Source: a bacterium (GTDB lineage Bacteria > RBG-13-61-14 > DATKZS01). Taken from it: a DNA stretch of 64,000 nt. This document shows, one piece after another, positions 1 to 9,488 of this stretch. The stretch spans positions 640,001-704,000 of the forward strand of contig CAXXFL010000007.1 of assembly GCA_963674965.2 (NCBI GenBank). The letters run 5' to 3'. The notes under the pieces were generated by a model. The model did no database searches. It had not been told where the DNA came from and was given only the letters and a program-made list of their open reading frames with translations. The position numbers were made by a program, and so were the translations under genes. The first letter of the stretch is position 1. Each line of letters opens with the position of its first letter.

Positions 1-480
1 GGCCGTCAATAATTCCAATGGACTGATTTTCCTTTTCACTTTGATTTTTCCTCCATTCCTTCCCGCCGGCGTCATGCGCGCTCGTCCTTTTGACAAGCCC
101 TTGTGATTCGCTTAATCACCCCGCGTGAAAGCCAAAATCGATCGCGAAAAACAGGGCCATGCCTATGGCGCAATGGTTTCTTTCATGCTATCTTCCCAAA
201 CAATATATGACAAGCGCCCGGGCCGCGTGGAATTTTTAGGTTTTATAACAATCATCTCCGCCGGGACCGAGGGCAAAGATCAAATGTAAATTATTAATTG
301 CTTCGGACGGCGGCGCGGGAGAGGGGCCGTTGCCTGAGGGTTGGCTTGGCGGCGCCATGGCCGATCCCTTGTCGTTTTCCGAAAAATTGGATCACCAGTC
401 ATTCTTTTGCATCAAAGAGGCTCTGGCATTTTCCGGCGGCCGTTCTTGCCGGCCGAGACGTGACTTAGCGAGGAGCGATC

Positions 481-3400
481 ATGAAGACTGAAGAACTCAA
501 GGCTGGCGTTATAATAATCTGCCTTTCGATCCTGGCCATGGGCGCTATATTCCTTCCCGGCTCTCAGCCGGGGGAAGGCCGTACCCTTGAAGACCCGGCC
601 AATTGCGGCTGCCACCGCGGATACGACGCCGCGGTCGAGCCCATGTACAACTGGCGGGGCTCGATGATGTCCATGTCCGCTCGCGACCCGATTTTCTTCG
701 CCGCCCTGGACCTGGCCAACCACGACCTGGCCGACGCCGGGACCTTTTGCCTGCGCTGCCATTCCCCCTCGGCCCACCAGGCGGGCAGGACCACGCCTCC
801 CGACGGCTCGGCCCTCACGGGCATCGACGTGGAGGGAGTCTCCTGCGACGTCTGCCACGCGCTGGTGGACCCGCTCAGCGCGGAGGGCCAGGCCCTGGCC
901 GATCCCGACGTGACCTCCTACGGCAACGCCATGTGGGTCCTGACGGAGGGGCAGGAAAAACGCGGCCCTTACGACGACGCCGAGGCCAGGCACGTGTGGC
1001 AATACCATGATTTCCAAAGGTCATCCGAGGTCTGCGCCTCCTGCCACGACGTCAGCAATCCCCTTTTATGCGACGCCGGCGACCCCTACAACGTACAGAA
1101 ATGCTTCACCGAGCAGCGCACCTACAGCGAATGGAAAAACAGTTCCTTCTCGTCCATGGGCGAAGCGGGAAACTGCCAGTCGTGCCACATGCCGCACGTG
1201 GCCGACGGCAAGGCCTGCAAGCAGGGATCCATCCGGACTTTCCTGCCGGTCCACCATCAAAACGGCGGCAACTCCTGGGTACCCGACGCCATCGCCTTGT
1301 TGTTCGCGGGCGACAACTCGATCGACTTCGACGCCCTGGCCGACGGTAAAGACCGCGCCATCGCCCTGGTCCAGGACGCCTCGACCCTGGAGAGCTTCGA
1401 CAAGACCGACGGGGGACCGGGCCTCATCTCGGTCCGTATCACCAATTCGACCGGCCACAAGCTGCCCACCGGATACCCGGAGGGACGCCGCATGTGGATC
1501 AACGTTATCGGTTACGACGCGGCCGATCAGCCGGCCTTCGAGTCCGGCGCCTACAACCTGGCCACCGCCGATCTGACCCTCGACTCGCAGGCCAAGGTCT
1601 ACGAGGCCCACTTCGGGGTCGAGCAGGGAGACGGGTCCTGCCTGCCAACCTTCCGCCTGGTCCAGAACAACTGCCTGGAAAAGGACAACCGTATCCCCCC
1701 CCGCGGCTTTACCAACGCGGCCTTCGAGGCGGTGGGCGCGGGTCACGAGCATTACCATTACGAGGACGGCCAGTACTGGGACGACACTCCCTACGCCCTG
1801 CCCCCCGGCGTGGTCCGGGTGGACGTGAACCTTTACTACCAGACGACCACCAGGGAGTATATCGAGTTCCTGGCCGCGGCCGACGGATCGAGCGTTCGCG
1901 GCGCCGAGCTTTTAAGCGCCTTCAACTCGACGAATAAGGCCGCTCCCGTTCTCATGGAAAGCGCGTCCCTCGTCATTGACTCGGACCTGGACGGCATGGG
2001 CAACGCCTGGGAGACGGCCAACGGCCTCGACCCCGGCGACTCGGCCGACGCCGTCCAAGACCTGGACGGCGACAGCCTTTCCAACCTCGAGGAATACCTT
2101 AACGGCACGGACCCGAACCTCGCCGATACCGACGGCGACAACCTGGACGACGGCCAGGAGGTAAACCACTACTTCACCGATCCCCTCAACCCGGACACGG
2201 ACGATGACGGCCTGACCGACGGCCTGGAGGGCAACACCCTCCTCACCAGCCCGCTCGAGTGGGACACGGACTCGGGCGGGGAAGGCGACGGCTCCGAGTA
2301 CAACATGGGCCGAAACCCCCTTGACCCGGACGACGACGCGGAGATAGCCGCCTACGACGCCATATGGACGGCGCCTCGCTGCGTCACGGGCAGGGGCATT
2401 TGCCTGGTCACGGAGGACTTAATCCTCGGCCGCGACACCATGGCCGGCGGACCCGAGCCCAACCAGCCCAATACCATCAGCCTCGATCCCTGTCCCGACG
2501 GGACCACGGGGGATTTCCATTCCGACGAGTCCATCGACCGGATGATCGTGACCGACCTGTCGGGCTCGACCTTTTTCGCGGGCGACACGGTCGAGGTGAC
2601 GGTCGCCCTCTGGTGCTGGACCGACGTGGGCTACGACCAGGTCAACGTTTACAACGGGGACTCGGCGAGCGGCTGGACATACCTTGGCGGCCAGGCCTGT
2701 CCCGGCATCGGGGCCCAGACCCTGTCCGTGGTCGGCCGCCTGGGAGACCACGTGGGGGACCAGTACATCCGGGCCGTCTTCTCCTACGAGTCTCCCCCCT
2801 CGGTATGCGACGCAGGGAGCTACTCCGACCACGACGACGTGGTCATAGCGGTCACGGGCCCCGCCTCCATCGACACGGACGGCGACGGGCTGAGCGATTA
2901 CGACGAATCCACCTATTACCTGACCGACCCGGAGGACCCCGACACGGACGGCGACGGGGCGATCGACTCGGCCGAGATTCTGGAGGGAACGGACCCGCTG
3001 TCCCCCACTGACTTCCTGGCCTTTGTTCCCAGGCTGCTCAATTACCAGGCCCGCCTAAACGAAGCGGACGGCTCTCCGGTGAATGGAGCGCTGAGCATGG
3101 TCTTCTCGATTCACGAGAGCGCCGGCGGCTCGACGGTCCTCTGGCAGGAGGGCTCGACCGTGGACGTGGCCGACGGTATTTTCAGCGTCATGCTGGGAGG
3201 ACAAAGCGCCCTTCCCTCCGATCTTTTCAACGGTGACGACGCCTGGCTGGAGATCGAGGTGGAAGGCGAGGATATGGTCCCCCGCAAACGAGCGGCCGCC
3301 GAGGGATTCTCGCATAACGCCCTGCGCCTCGGCGGGCAAAGGATCGAGTCCGGTACAAAAACCGTAAGCGCGGCGAACCAGTCTAACCTGACCGTCAACG

Positions 3401-3597
3401 TGGTCTTCTCGCGCCTGTTTAACGGGGCCCCGCGGGTGGCCGTCGGTCCCTCCAGCCTGGCCGCCGGAGGCGAGACCTTCGTCATCGGCGGGATTTATAA
3501 CCTCACCTCCGTGGGCTTCACCGCGCGCCTGGAAACCAAAAGCGGGGCGCCCGCGACGGGAGAGATATCATTTAGCTGGATCGCCATGGGAGAATAA
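481..3597 (+). CDS. Exported multiheme cytochrome c with Ca-binding DxDxDG (thrombospondin type 3-like) repeats and a C-terminal NYQARL module
   Basis: N-terminal hydrophobic signal; CLRCH, CDVCH, CASCH, CQSCH plus atypical CGCH; GHKLPTG motif; many DSDLDG/DTDGDG repeats. Confidence 0.8.
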   Translation: MKTEELKAGVIIICLSILAMGAIFLPGSQPGEGRTLEDPANCGCHRGYDAAVEPMYNWRGSMMSMSARDPIFFAALDLANHDLADAGTFCLRCHSPSAHQAGRTTPPDGSALTGIDVEGVSCDVCHALVDPLSAEGQALADPDVTSYGNAMWVLTEGQEKRGPYDDAEARHVWQYHDFQRSSEVCASCHDVSNPLLCDAGDPYNVQKCFTEQRTYSEWKNSSFSSMGEAGNCQSCHMPHVADGKACKQGSIRTFLPVHHQNGGNSWVPDAIALLFAGDNSIDFDALADGKDRAIALVQDASTLESFDKTDGGPGLISVRITNSTGHKLPTGYPEGRRMWINVIGYDAADQPAFESGAYNLATADLTLDSQAKVYEAHFGVEQGDGSCLPTFRLVQNNCLEKDNRIPPRGFTNAAFEAVGAGHEHYHYEDGQYWDDTPYALPPGVVRVDVNLYYQTTTREYIEFLAAADGSSVRGAELLSAFNSTNKAAPVLMESASLVIDSDLDGMGNAWETANGLDPGDSADAVQDLDGDSLSNLEEYLNGTDPNLADTDGDNLDDGQEVNHYFTDPLNPDTDDDGLTDGLEGNTLLTSPLEWDTDSGGEGDGSEYNMGRNPLDPDDDAEIAAYDAIWTAPRCVTGRGICLVTEDLILGRDTMAGGPEPNQPNTISLDPCPDGTTGDFHSDESIDRMIVTDLSGSTFFAGDTVEVTVALWCWTDVGYDQVNVYNGDSASGWTYLGGQACPGIGAQTLSVVGRLGDHVGDQYIRAVFSYESPPSVCDAGSYSDHDDVVIAVTGPASIDTDGDGLSDYDESTYYLTDPEDPDTDGDGAIDSAEILEGTDPLSPTDFLAFVPRLLNYQARLNEADGSPVNGALSMVFSIHESAGGSTVLWQEGSTVDVADGIFSVMLGGQSALPSDLFNGDDAWLEIEVEGEDMVPRKRAAAEGFSHNALRLGGQRIESGTKTVSAANQSNLTVNVVFSRLFNGAPRVAVGPSSLAAGGETFVIGGIYNLTSVGFTARLETKSGAPATGEISFSWIAMGE

Positions 3598-3762
3598 AAG
3601 ACTTGCGTCCGCTATACGCGAATTTTTACGGCTTGAGAGGACGGGGGAGGCGACTCCCTCTCCCACTCGATGAAAAGACGGCCGTTCCCGGCCATCGCGA
3701 AAATGGCCACGCCCGTATTTTCTAGACCGGGCCTCTTCTCGCTATCCTGGCTTTCTTACCTT

Positions 3763-4737
3763 TCACGCCTCTTTAACCTCCTCCTCGCCCGGCGCCATCT
3801 TCTCTTTCAGCGCGATGACTTTCTCGATGCCCGCCGCGTCGATAATGAGGTTATCCACCACGTCCTCGCTGACGTACTCGGTATTTGCGGCGCCCTCGGT
3901 CTGGCCGCTCGCCTGGTCTCGTTTATCGGGGCCGTCTTTGACCAGTTTCACCTTCAGGTATCCGATCTGGAGACATTTCTTGCACCGGTGAAGCTGGACC
4001 TCCGAGCGCTCTTTCTCCCCGGGAGCGCCAAGTCCCTCCAGGACGTCGTAGTTGCCCGACTCGAGCTCGTAGCGGAACTGGCTTTTGTCCTGGACCGGAC
4101 CCAGCTTAAGAGGCGAGTCGAAAACCGACTCGGCCCATTCCCCGCAATGCTCGCAAAAGGGAGTATACCTGGCCGAGCCGTCGGCGATGGTCACGGACAG
4201 TAGAAGTATCAAAAGGGCCTCGAGAATCCAGGCGATATAAAGCCAAAGGCCCGATGGGGTCCAGCCGAATATTTGCCATGCTCCCGCGTTTCCTATTGAA
4301 ACAATATTTTTGCCAAGCTCAAGAGGGTTGAATATCCAAACGTTCAGCGGCTCTTCCGCGCCGGCGTAAAAGAAATGGACCCACGCCACCCACTGGACAT
4401 AGACTCCCAAGACGCCCGTAATCAAACCGAAAAATGAAGCCAACATGGGCGAGCGGACCTTGCCGGCGGTCACGCCGAAGCTGACGCCGAGTCCAAGTAT
4501 GAATCCGAAAATGAAGCTGATTATAAAGGTAAACGCCTCAAAGGGATTGATATAGGAACCCCATCCATAAGCCGCGCCGCCCAGGAACGCGGCCATGCTT
4601 CCGAATAAAGGCATATAGATCAGGCCAAGGGGCGATATTTTGCCCGAGGGCGTATAATATTTTGAGGGAAGATAGTCGTACTCGGGCACGGCGTAGGTTT
4701 CGGGGTTATAGTGTTTATAATCCTTCACTGGGGCCAT
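3763..4737 (-). CDS. Hypothetical multi-pass membrane protein with C-terminal CxxC..CxxC (zinc-ribbon-like) region
   Basis: 324 aa, several TM segments, CEHC and CKKC motifs. Confidence 0.7.
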   Translation of the reverse strand: MAPVKDYKHYNPETYAVPEYDYLPSKYYTPSGKISPLGLIYMPLFGSMAAFLGGAAYGWGSYINPFEAFTFIISFIFGFILGLGVSFGVTAGKVRSPMLASFFGLITGVLGVYVQWVAWVHFFYAGAEEPLNVWIFNPLELGKNIVSIGNAGAWQIFGWTPSGLWLYIAWILEALLILLLSVTIADGSARYTPFCEHCGEWAESVFDSPLKLGPVQDKSQFRYELESGNYDVLEGLGAPGEKERSEVQLHRCKKCLQIGYLKVKLVKDGPDKRDQASGQTEGAANTEYVSEDVVDNLIIDAAGIEKVIALKEKMAPGEEEVKEA

Positions 4738-4976
4738 CCTTCATTTCTCGAAATTGCAAAAAATGGTAATGCTTTGGAATAATTATAGCACGAACAAGCT
4801 TATAGCCAAGCTGTCAATTACGCTTCCACCCCGGCTAAAAGGCCGTTTCTTCAGTATAAATGCCTGATAATAAAAGATTAAAAAAAATTATTCCGCCGCG
4901 CCGCGATTGATAAAGAACTTTATAAAACGGGTTCATTTTTTGAATCCTTATTCTTCCGGCAAACATCTTAAACATA

Positions 4977-5050
4977 GATTCCCAAAAACTTGCCAAACCT
5001 TTTCATCATTACCGAGTCCCGGAAGCAGCGCCGGGACTCGGTAATTTTTT
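4977..5050 (+). ncRNA. Putative sRNA unit 1 (pyrimidine-rich seed plus terminator)
   Basis: CAAACCTTTTCATCATT at 4994-5010; perfect 15-bp stem 5008-5022/5031-5045 followed by a T-run; 5' end estimated. Confidence 0.5.
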
Positions 5051-5061
5051 GTATAAGGCGC

Positions 5062-5089
5062 GGAACTTTTCCGCCTCGGCGCGGTCTGA
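5062..5089 (+). promoter_or_regulatory. ECF/sigmaE-type promoter
   Basis: GGAACTT-N15-GTCTGA. Confidence 0.6.
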
Positions 5090-5096
5090 ATATTTG

Positions 5097-5169
5097 ATCC
5101 CTCCAAAATGCCAACCCTTTCTTCTTGAAGCGTCTTCGGAAACGGAGGCGCTTCTCACTTTTTTTTTTT
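5097..5169 (+). ncRNA. Putative sRNA unit 2
   Basis: Leader related to unit 1 (GATCCCTCCAAAATGCCAACCCTTTCTTC); 12-bp stem with two G.U pairs and a GAAA loop at 5127-5154, then T11. Confidence 0.5.
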
Positions 5170-5180
5170 GCACTTTTTTG

Positions 5181-5208
5181 GGAACCTATTTTCACGGCGG
5201 GCGTCTTA
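5181..5208 (+). promoter_or_regulatory. ECF/sigmaE-type promoter
   Basis: GGAACCT-N15-GTCTTA, same spacing as the 5062 copy. Confidence 0.6.
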
Positions 5209-5215
5209 CAATTAA

Positions 5216-5277
5216 TAGCCAAATACAAACCTTTTCATCATTCTCCTAATCCCCGGTCGCCAAGCCGGGGATTTTTT
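5216..5277 (+). ncRNA. Putative sRNA unit 3
   Basis: CAAACCTTTTCATCATT at 5226-5242 (identical to unit 1) plus CTCCT; stem AATCCCCGG/CCGGGGATT plus T-run. Confidence 0.5.
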
Positions 5278-5317
5278 ATGGCCCACCCGATCGTTACCTA
5301 CTCCTATAATATTTTTC

Positions 5318-5346
5318 TTGGCAAAAGGAACCAGTCCGCCTATAAT
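5318..5346 (+). promoter_or_regulatory. sigma70-type promoter for the aminotransferase
   Basis: TTGGCA-N17-TATAAT, followed by an AGGAGG RBS. Confidence 0.55.
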
Positions 5347-5366
5347 CTGACCAAAGGGTAAAGGAG

Positions 5367-6605
5367 GTGGTCATGGCCGAGATAAATCTGACTAAATCTT
5401 ATGAGCTTTTCGAGCGGGCCCAGAGTATTTCTCCAGGTGGATACCAGGCTCCTCAAAACCCCTATTTTTATGGTTACGGCTCTTCTCCCGCTTTCCTGGC
5501 CAGGGGCAAAGGGTGCAGGGTCTGGGACGTTGACGGAAACGAATACATCGATTTCCTATGCGGCCTTGGAGCCATAGTGCTGGGCATGGGCAATCGGGTG
5601 GTGGACGAGGCCGCTCGCTCCCAGATGGAAAAAGGCGATTTAATGACCTTTCCCTCCTCCAAGTGGGTCGAACTGGCCCAGTACCTGGTGGACAGGATAC
5701 CGGGCATGGACTGGGCCATCTTCGCCAAGAACGGCTCGGACGCCACCACCTACATGACCCGCGTGGCCCGGGCCCACACGGGAAGGTCAGGCATAGCCAT
5801 GATAAGTCACGCCTATCACGGTTTCCATTACTGGTGCTCGGGCCCGGACCCGTCCATACCCCCCGAGTACCAGTCGGGCGTGTATTCCTTCCATTTCAAT
5901 CAGGCCCGAGAAATCGAGCGCCTGGTGGAAGAAAAAAAAGGAGAAATAGCCGCCGTGATACTGACCCCGGTGAGGCATGACGTGGCCAGCGCGCAGGTCC
6001 TTCCTACCCCCGAGTTCCTGGCCGCGGTGAGGAATATTTGCGACCGGGAGGGCATGCTCCTTCTCCTGGACGACGTGCGCTGCGGCTTCAGGTATCACGA
6101 GAACGGCTCGGCCGAGTATTTTGGCGTCGAGCCCGACATGATAGCCTTTGGCAAGGCCATGTCCAACGGTTACCCGATCTCGGCGGCCATGGGCAGGAGG
6201 AATCTTATGGAGGCGGCGCGAAAATTCATGTTCATTGGCACTCATTTTTACAGCGCCTCTCCCATGGCGGCGGCGCTGGCGTGCCTCGAGGAGATCAAAG
6301 CCTCGGGCGCGGTCGAGCATATGCTGAAAATGGGCGAGTTATTAAAGGAGGGCATTCTGGACGCGGCCGGGGAAAACGGCTTCAAGATCGATTACTCGGG
6401 CCATCCCACCATGCCCCTTATGATGTTCGAGGATGACCCGATATTCGAGAAGGCCAGACGCTTTAGCGCCCTGGCCCTGGAAAGAGGAGTGATCATCCAC
6501 CCCATCCACAACTGGTTCATCTGCGCGGCCCACGGTAAGGATGACGTTGAGCGGGCCGTCTCGGCCCTGGCCGATTGTTTCAGCGTGATGGCCGGCGAGG
6601 ACTGA
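5367..6605 (+). CDS. Class III PLP aminotransferase (glutamate-1-semialdehyde aminomutase-like)
   Basis: GKGCRVWDVDGNEYID, KNGSDAT, DDVRCGFR, FGKAMSNGYP motifs. Confidence 0.85.
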   Translation: MVMAEINLTKSYELFERAQSISPGGYQAPQNPYFYGYGSSPAFLARGKGCRVWDVDGNEYIDFLCGLGAIVLGMGNRVVDEAARSQMEKGDLMTFPSSKWVELAQYLVDRIPGMDWAIFAKNGSDATTYMTRVARAHTGRSGIAMISHAYHGFHYWCSGPDPSIPPEYQSGVYSFHFNQAREIERLVEEKKGEIAAVILTPVRHDVASAQVLPTPEFLAAVRNICDREGMLLLLDDVRCGFRYHENGSAEYFGVEPDMIAFGKAMSNGYPISAAMGRRNLMEAARKFMFIGTHFYSASPMAAALACLEEIKASGAVEHMLKMGELLKEGILDAAGENGFKIDYSGHPTMPLMMFEDDPIFEKARRFSALALERGVIIHPIHNWFICAAHGKDDVERAVSALADCFSVMAGED

Positions 6606-8223
6606 CCGGAGCTTCATGGCCTTGTTCCAGGTTGGTCAGCCTTATCTTGCCGGCCTTCTGGATGGCCTCGTCCCAGCCCGTCCCCTTTTTGAGGAAGACC
6701 ACCGTGTTTCTTTTGCCGTCCGCCTGCACCAGGACCCAGGACGGGTCGTCAATCATCCTTATGGTCAAGTCGCGAAGATAGGCGTCCCACAGGTCGAGCA
6801 CCGCGGCCTCGGGACGGTATTCGATCTCGATCGCCTTCAACCCGAGCGGGTCACGCAGGGCGTTCCTCCAAAGGTCCAGGGTGTACTCCCCCTTGATCTC
6901 CATCCTCGGGTCGGCCATCACCGTCCAGTCGGGCCAGCCGGCGAAGTAAAGATAACCTCCCAGCCTCACGCTGGTGATGACTTTGCCCTTGTAGCCGATC
7001 GACTTAAGATAATCCACTGACTCGACCGGGTAATAGCGGTAAGAAAACCCCAACCCCGGCTCGCGACCGGTCCGGTCCCAGTTCCGGTACGGCTGGATAA
7101 GGGTCAGCGTGGAAAGAAGCAAGGATATAACCACCGTCACGGCGGACGTGGAAAGTGACGCCTTCCTGACAAGGGACGGAGAAAAAGGACGGATGAACAA
7201 GACGTCAAGGTTCACCAGCGTCAGATGGATAAGGGACACGCTCGCGACGGACACGTTCCGCCTGGCGTTGACCGCCAGGTAGAAAAAAGCCGCTCCCACC
7301 AGAAGCTGAAAAGGCCGGACCTTCTTGCCCGCCAAAACGGAGGTAATAGCCGCGGAGGCCGCCGACAGGAAAAAAAATTTCACCGCTCGAAGCGCCGGCG
7401 GATCGGCAAACATGGATTGTATCTCGACGATGGTCTTTTTCTGGAGGGTCGCCCCCGTGGCCACCTCACCGAATAGCTCGAGGGGAAACAAAAAACCCTT
7501 CAGGCCGTAAGGCTGAACAAAACACGCGGCCACACAGGCGGCCAGGGTCGCAAGCCATGGCCAGGGCAAAATTCCCCTCCAGCCGAATTCCCTCTTCCGG
7601 ATCGCCTCGGAAACCATGTCCGCCAGGAAGGACCCTAAAATTACCAGACCGATAGGCCAAAGCCCCTGCGAGTTGGCCCAAAGAACCTGCACGGCGGGGG
7701 CCAGGATCAGGAGCCTCGTCTTTCCCGCGGCCGCCCTCTCAAGGACAAAGTACATGACGGCCATGTAAAGGCAGGTAAGAAGCTCGGGCCGGGCCATGAT
7801 CCGGGAGTCGATGGACAGGGCGAATATGACCCCGATCAGGGCCTTGATTGAAAGAGGCGTTTTCTCCGAGGTCGAGAAGAGAAGTAAAACCATGGTGGAG
7901 GACGCCAGGACCATGACCATAATCGACAGCCCCGTTCCGCCTCCCGCCCGATAAAAGGCGTAGCTTATCACCTGGAAGAGCCACTGGGCGTCGATCCATT
8001 CCATGCCCTGCCTGGTGAAGTTCCAGAAGTCAACCCTGGGGACGGCGAGGTTGTCGATTATCCATTCTCCCGTTTTGACGTGCCAGGGGATATCGTAGCT
8101 GTTTACCTTGTACGCCGAAAGAATCAGGATGAAGCCAAGGGCAAAGAAAAAGGATACAACGCCAAGCGCCCGGCCGAGCTTGCCATCTCCTTGGGCGGAC
8201 CCTTTGGCTCCGGCATGATCCAT
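6580..8223 (-). CDS. Multi-pass membrane protein, GT-C glycosyltransferase-like
   Basis: About 11 TM segments; DIPWHVKTGEWI, RPE, LWANSQG motifs. Confidence 0.6.
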   Translation of the reverse strand: MDHAGAKGSAQGDGKLGRALGVVSFFFALGFILILSAYKVNSYDIPWHVKTGEWIIDNLAVPRVDFWNFTRQGMEWIDAQWLFQVISYAFYRAGGGTGLSIMVMVLASSTMVLLLFSTSEKTPLSIKALIGVIFALSIDSRIMARPELLTCLYMAVMYFVLERAAAGKTRLLILAPAVQVLWANSQGLWPIGLVILGSFLADMVSEAIRKREFGWRGILPWPWLATLAACVAACFVQPYGLKGFLFPLELFGEVATGATLQKKTIVEIQSMFADPPALRAVKFFFLSAASAAITSVLAGKKVRPFQLLVGAAFFYLAVNARRNVSVASVSLIHLTLVNLDVLFIRPFSPSLVRKASLSTSAVTVVISLLLSTLTLIQPYRNWDRTGREPGLGFSYRYYPVESVDYLKSIGYKGKVITSVRLGGYLYFAGWPDWTVMADPRMEIKGEYTLDLWRNALRDPLGLKAIEIEYRPEAAVLDLWDAYLRDLTIRMIDDPSWVLVQADGKRNTVVFLKKGTGWDEAIQKAGKIRLTNLEQGHEAPVSPRRPSR

Positions 8224-8243
8224 GGGACGCGGTCCTCCGGGTC

Positions 8244-8828
8244 TCAGCCGGAGGAAGGATAAAACCTTGGCCTTAGCTTCAAGGCGATAAAATAAAACGC
8301 GATGGGAGCGGCCAGCCAGATAAGCTGGGGCATGAGGGTGATATCGTGTCCGTTATTCTGGAAAAGGGACGGGTTCCAGGGCCGGGGGATGTATACCCAC
8401 GCCTCCCCCAACGTCGAGGTCATCTCGACCCAAAGCTCGGAAGCCTGACCCCAAATAACCAGCGCGATAAGGTCGCGCGGGCTGAACTTTTCGAACAAGG
8501 GGCCTTTGCCAACTATCTTCACGCAGAGGACGCCGAGCAGGAAAAGGCCGCCGTCCCAGAAAGAGTGCATGATAATGATCACCCAGAAGGGCGCGGGAGA
8601 AGGCCGGACAAACCGGTGCACGGCCAGGGCGTCGCCGAACTCGTTGAGGGTTGACATGGGTATTTCCCAGGTCAGTCCCAGTCCGAAGCCCACCCAGAAG
8701 AGGACCCAAATGAACTTGTCTATCTTGCCGGTCTTGTACAGGGCGTAAACGGAGATGGGCGTTACGGTCCCGATGGTAAAGTCGATCCAGTAAAAATAAT
8801 TCCTGAACAGCTCGAGTATGGTTTGCAT
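8244..8828 (-). CDS. Hypothetical membrane protein
   Basis: 194 aa hydrophobic ORF, co-oriented downstream of ribE. Confidence 0.7.
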   Translation of the reverse strand: MQTILELFRNYFYWIDFTIGTVTPISVYALYKTGKIDKFIWVLFWVGFGLGLTWEIPMSTLNEFGDALAVHRFVRPSPAPFWVIIIMHSFWDGGLFLLGVLCVKIVGKGPLFEKFSPRDLIALVIWGQASELWVEMTSTLGEAWVYIPRPWNPSLFQNNGHDITLMPQLIWLAAPIAFYFIALKLRPRFYPSSG

Positions 8829-8843
8829 GGCCCTTTCCCGGTC

Positions 8844-9488
8844 TTAGAGGAACCCTTCCTCGGACAGCTTTTTCATTAATTCCCGGTCGGCCGTTTGGGC
8901 CTTGTCCTTGCCCATGAGTTTGGCCACGTATTTTCCAATAAGGTCGGTCTCGAGATTGACCTTGTCCCCCTGCCGCCTGTCGCCCAGGGTGGTGCGGCTC
9001 AGTGTCTCGGGTATGATCATCATCCAGAAGCGGTCCCGCTCCACTCCGTTGACGGTAAGGCTTATGCCGTCCACGGCGATGGACCCCTTCTCGACGGTGA
9101 GTTCCGTGATCTCGGGCGGGGCGAAAACGGTGACCCTGGCGAAGGTCCCCTCCGGCCGTACGTCCGCCACCCGGCCCACGGCGTCCACGTGTCCCGACAC
9201 CAGGTGTCCGCCCAGCCGGTCGCCCAGGCGAAGGGCCCTCTCCAGGTTGACGCCCGCGCCGACGGCCAGGTCGGCCAGGGTCGAGCGGGCCAGGGACTCG
9301 CTCGAGACGTCAACCTTAAAGCCGTCCGCCGCGAGGCCGGTGACCGTGAGGCAAAGACCCGAGACCGCCACCGAGTCGCCCAAGCCAACCTCGTAATCCG
9401 GGCCCGAGTAGACGTCCAAAGCGACGCCCGAGCCGCCCGGTTTCCTGCCCCTTATCTTTCCCACGCGATCGATTAAGCCGGTGAACAT
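8844..9488 (-). CDS. ribE: Riboflavin synthase
   Basis: MFTGLI start, GGHLVSGHVD, KGSIAVDGISLTV. Confidence 0.95.
   Translation of the reverse strand: MFTGLIDRVGKIRGRKPGGSGVALDVYSGPDYEVGLGDSVAVSGLCLTVTGLAADGFKVDVSSESLARSTLADLAVGAGVNLERALRLGDRLGGHLVSGHVDAVGRVADVRPEGTFARVTVFAPPEITELTVEKGSIAVDGISLTVNGVERDRFWMMIIPETLSRTTLGDRRQGDKVNLETDLIGKYVAKLMGKDKAQTADRELMKKLSEEGFL

Noticed and set aside
4941-5279. CRISPR mini-array interpretation of the repeated 17-mer
   Set aside because: Only two exact copies, 232 bp apart, with terminators between them; no cas genes
4968-5361. Short ORFs across the hairpin array
   Set aside because: They run through terminators and T-runs, lack an RBS, and do not explain the repeated promoter-seed-hairpin layout
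5367-6605. Calling the aminotransferase hemL
   Set aside because: Lacks typical HemL signatures such as PGGVNSPVR and has DDVR; left as family-level
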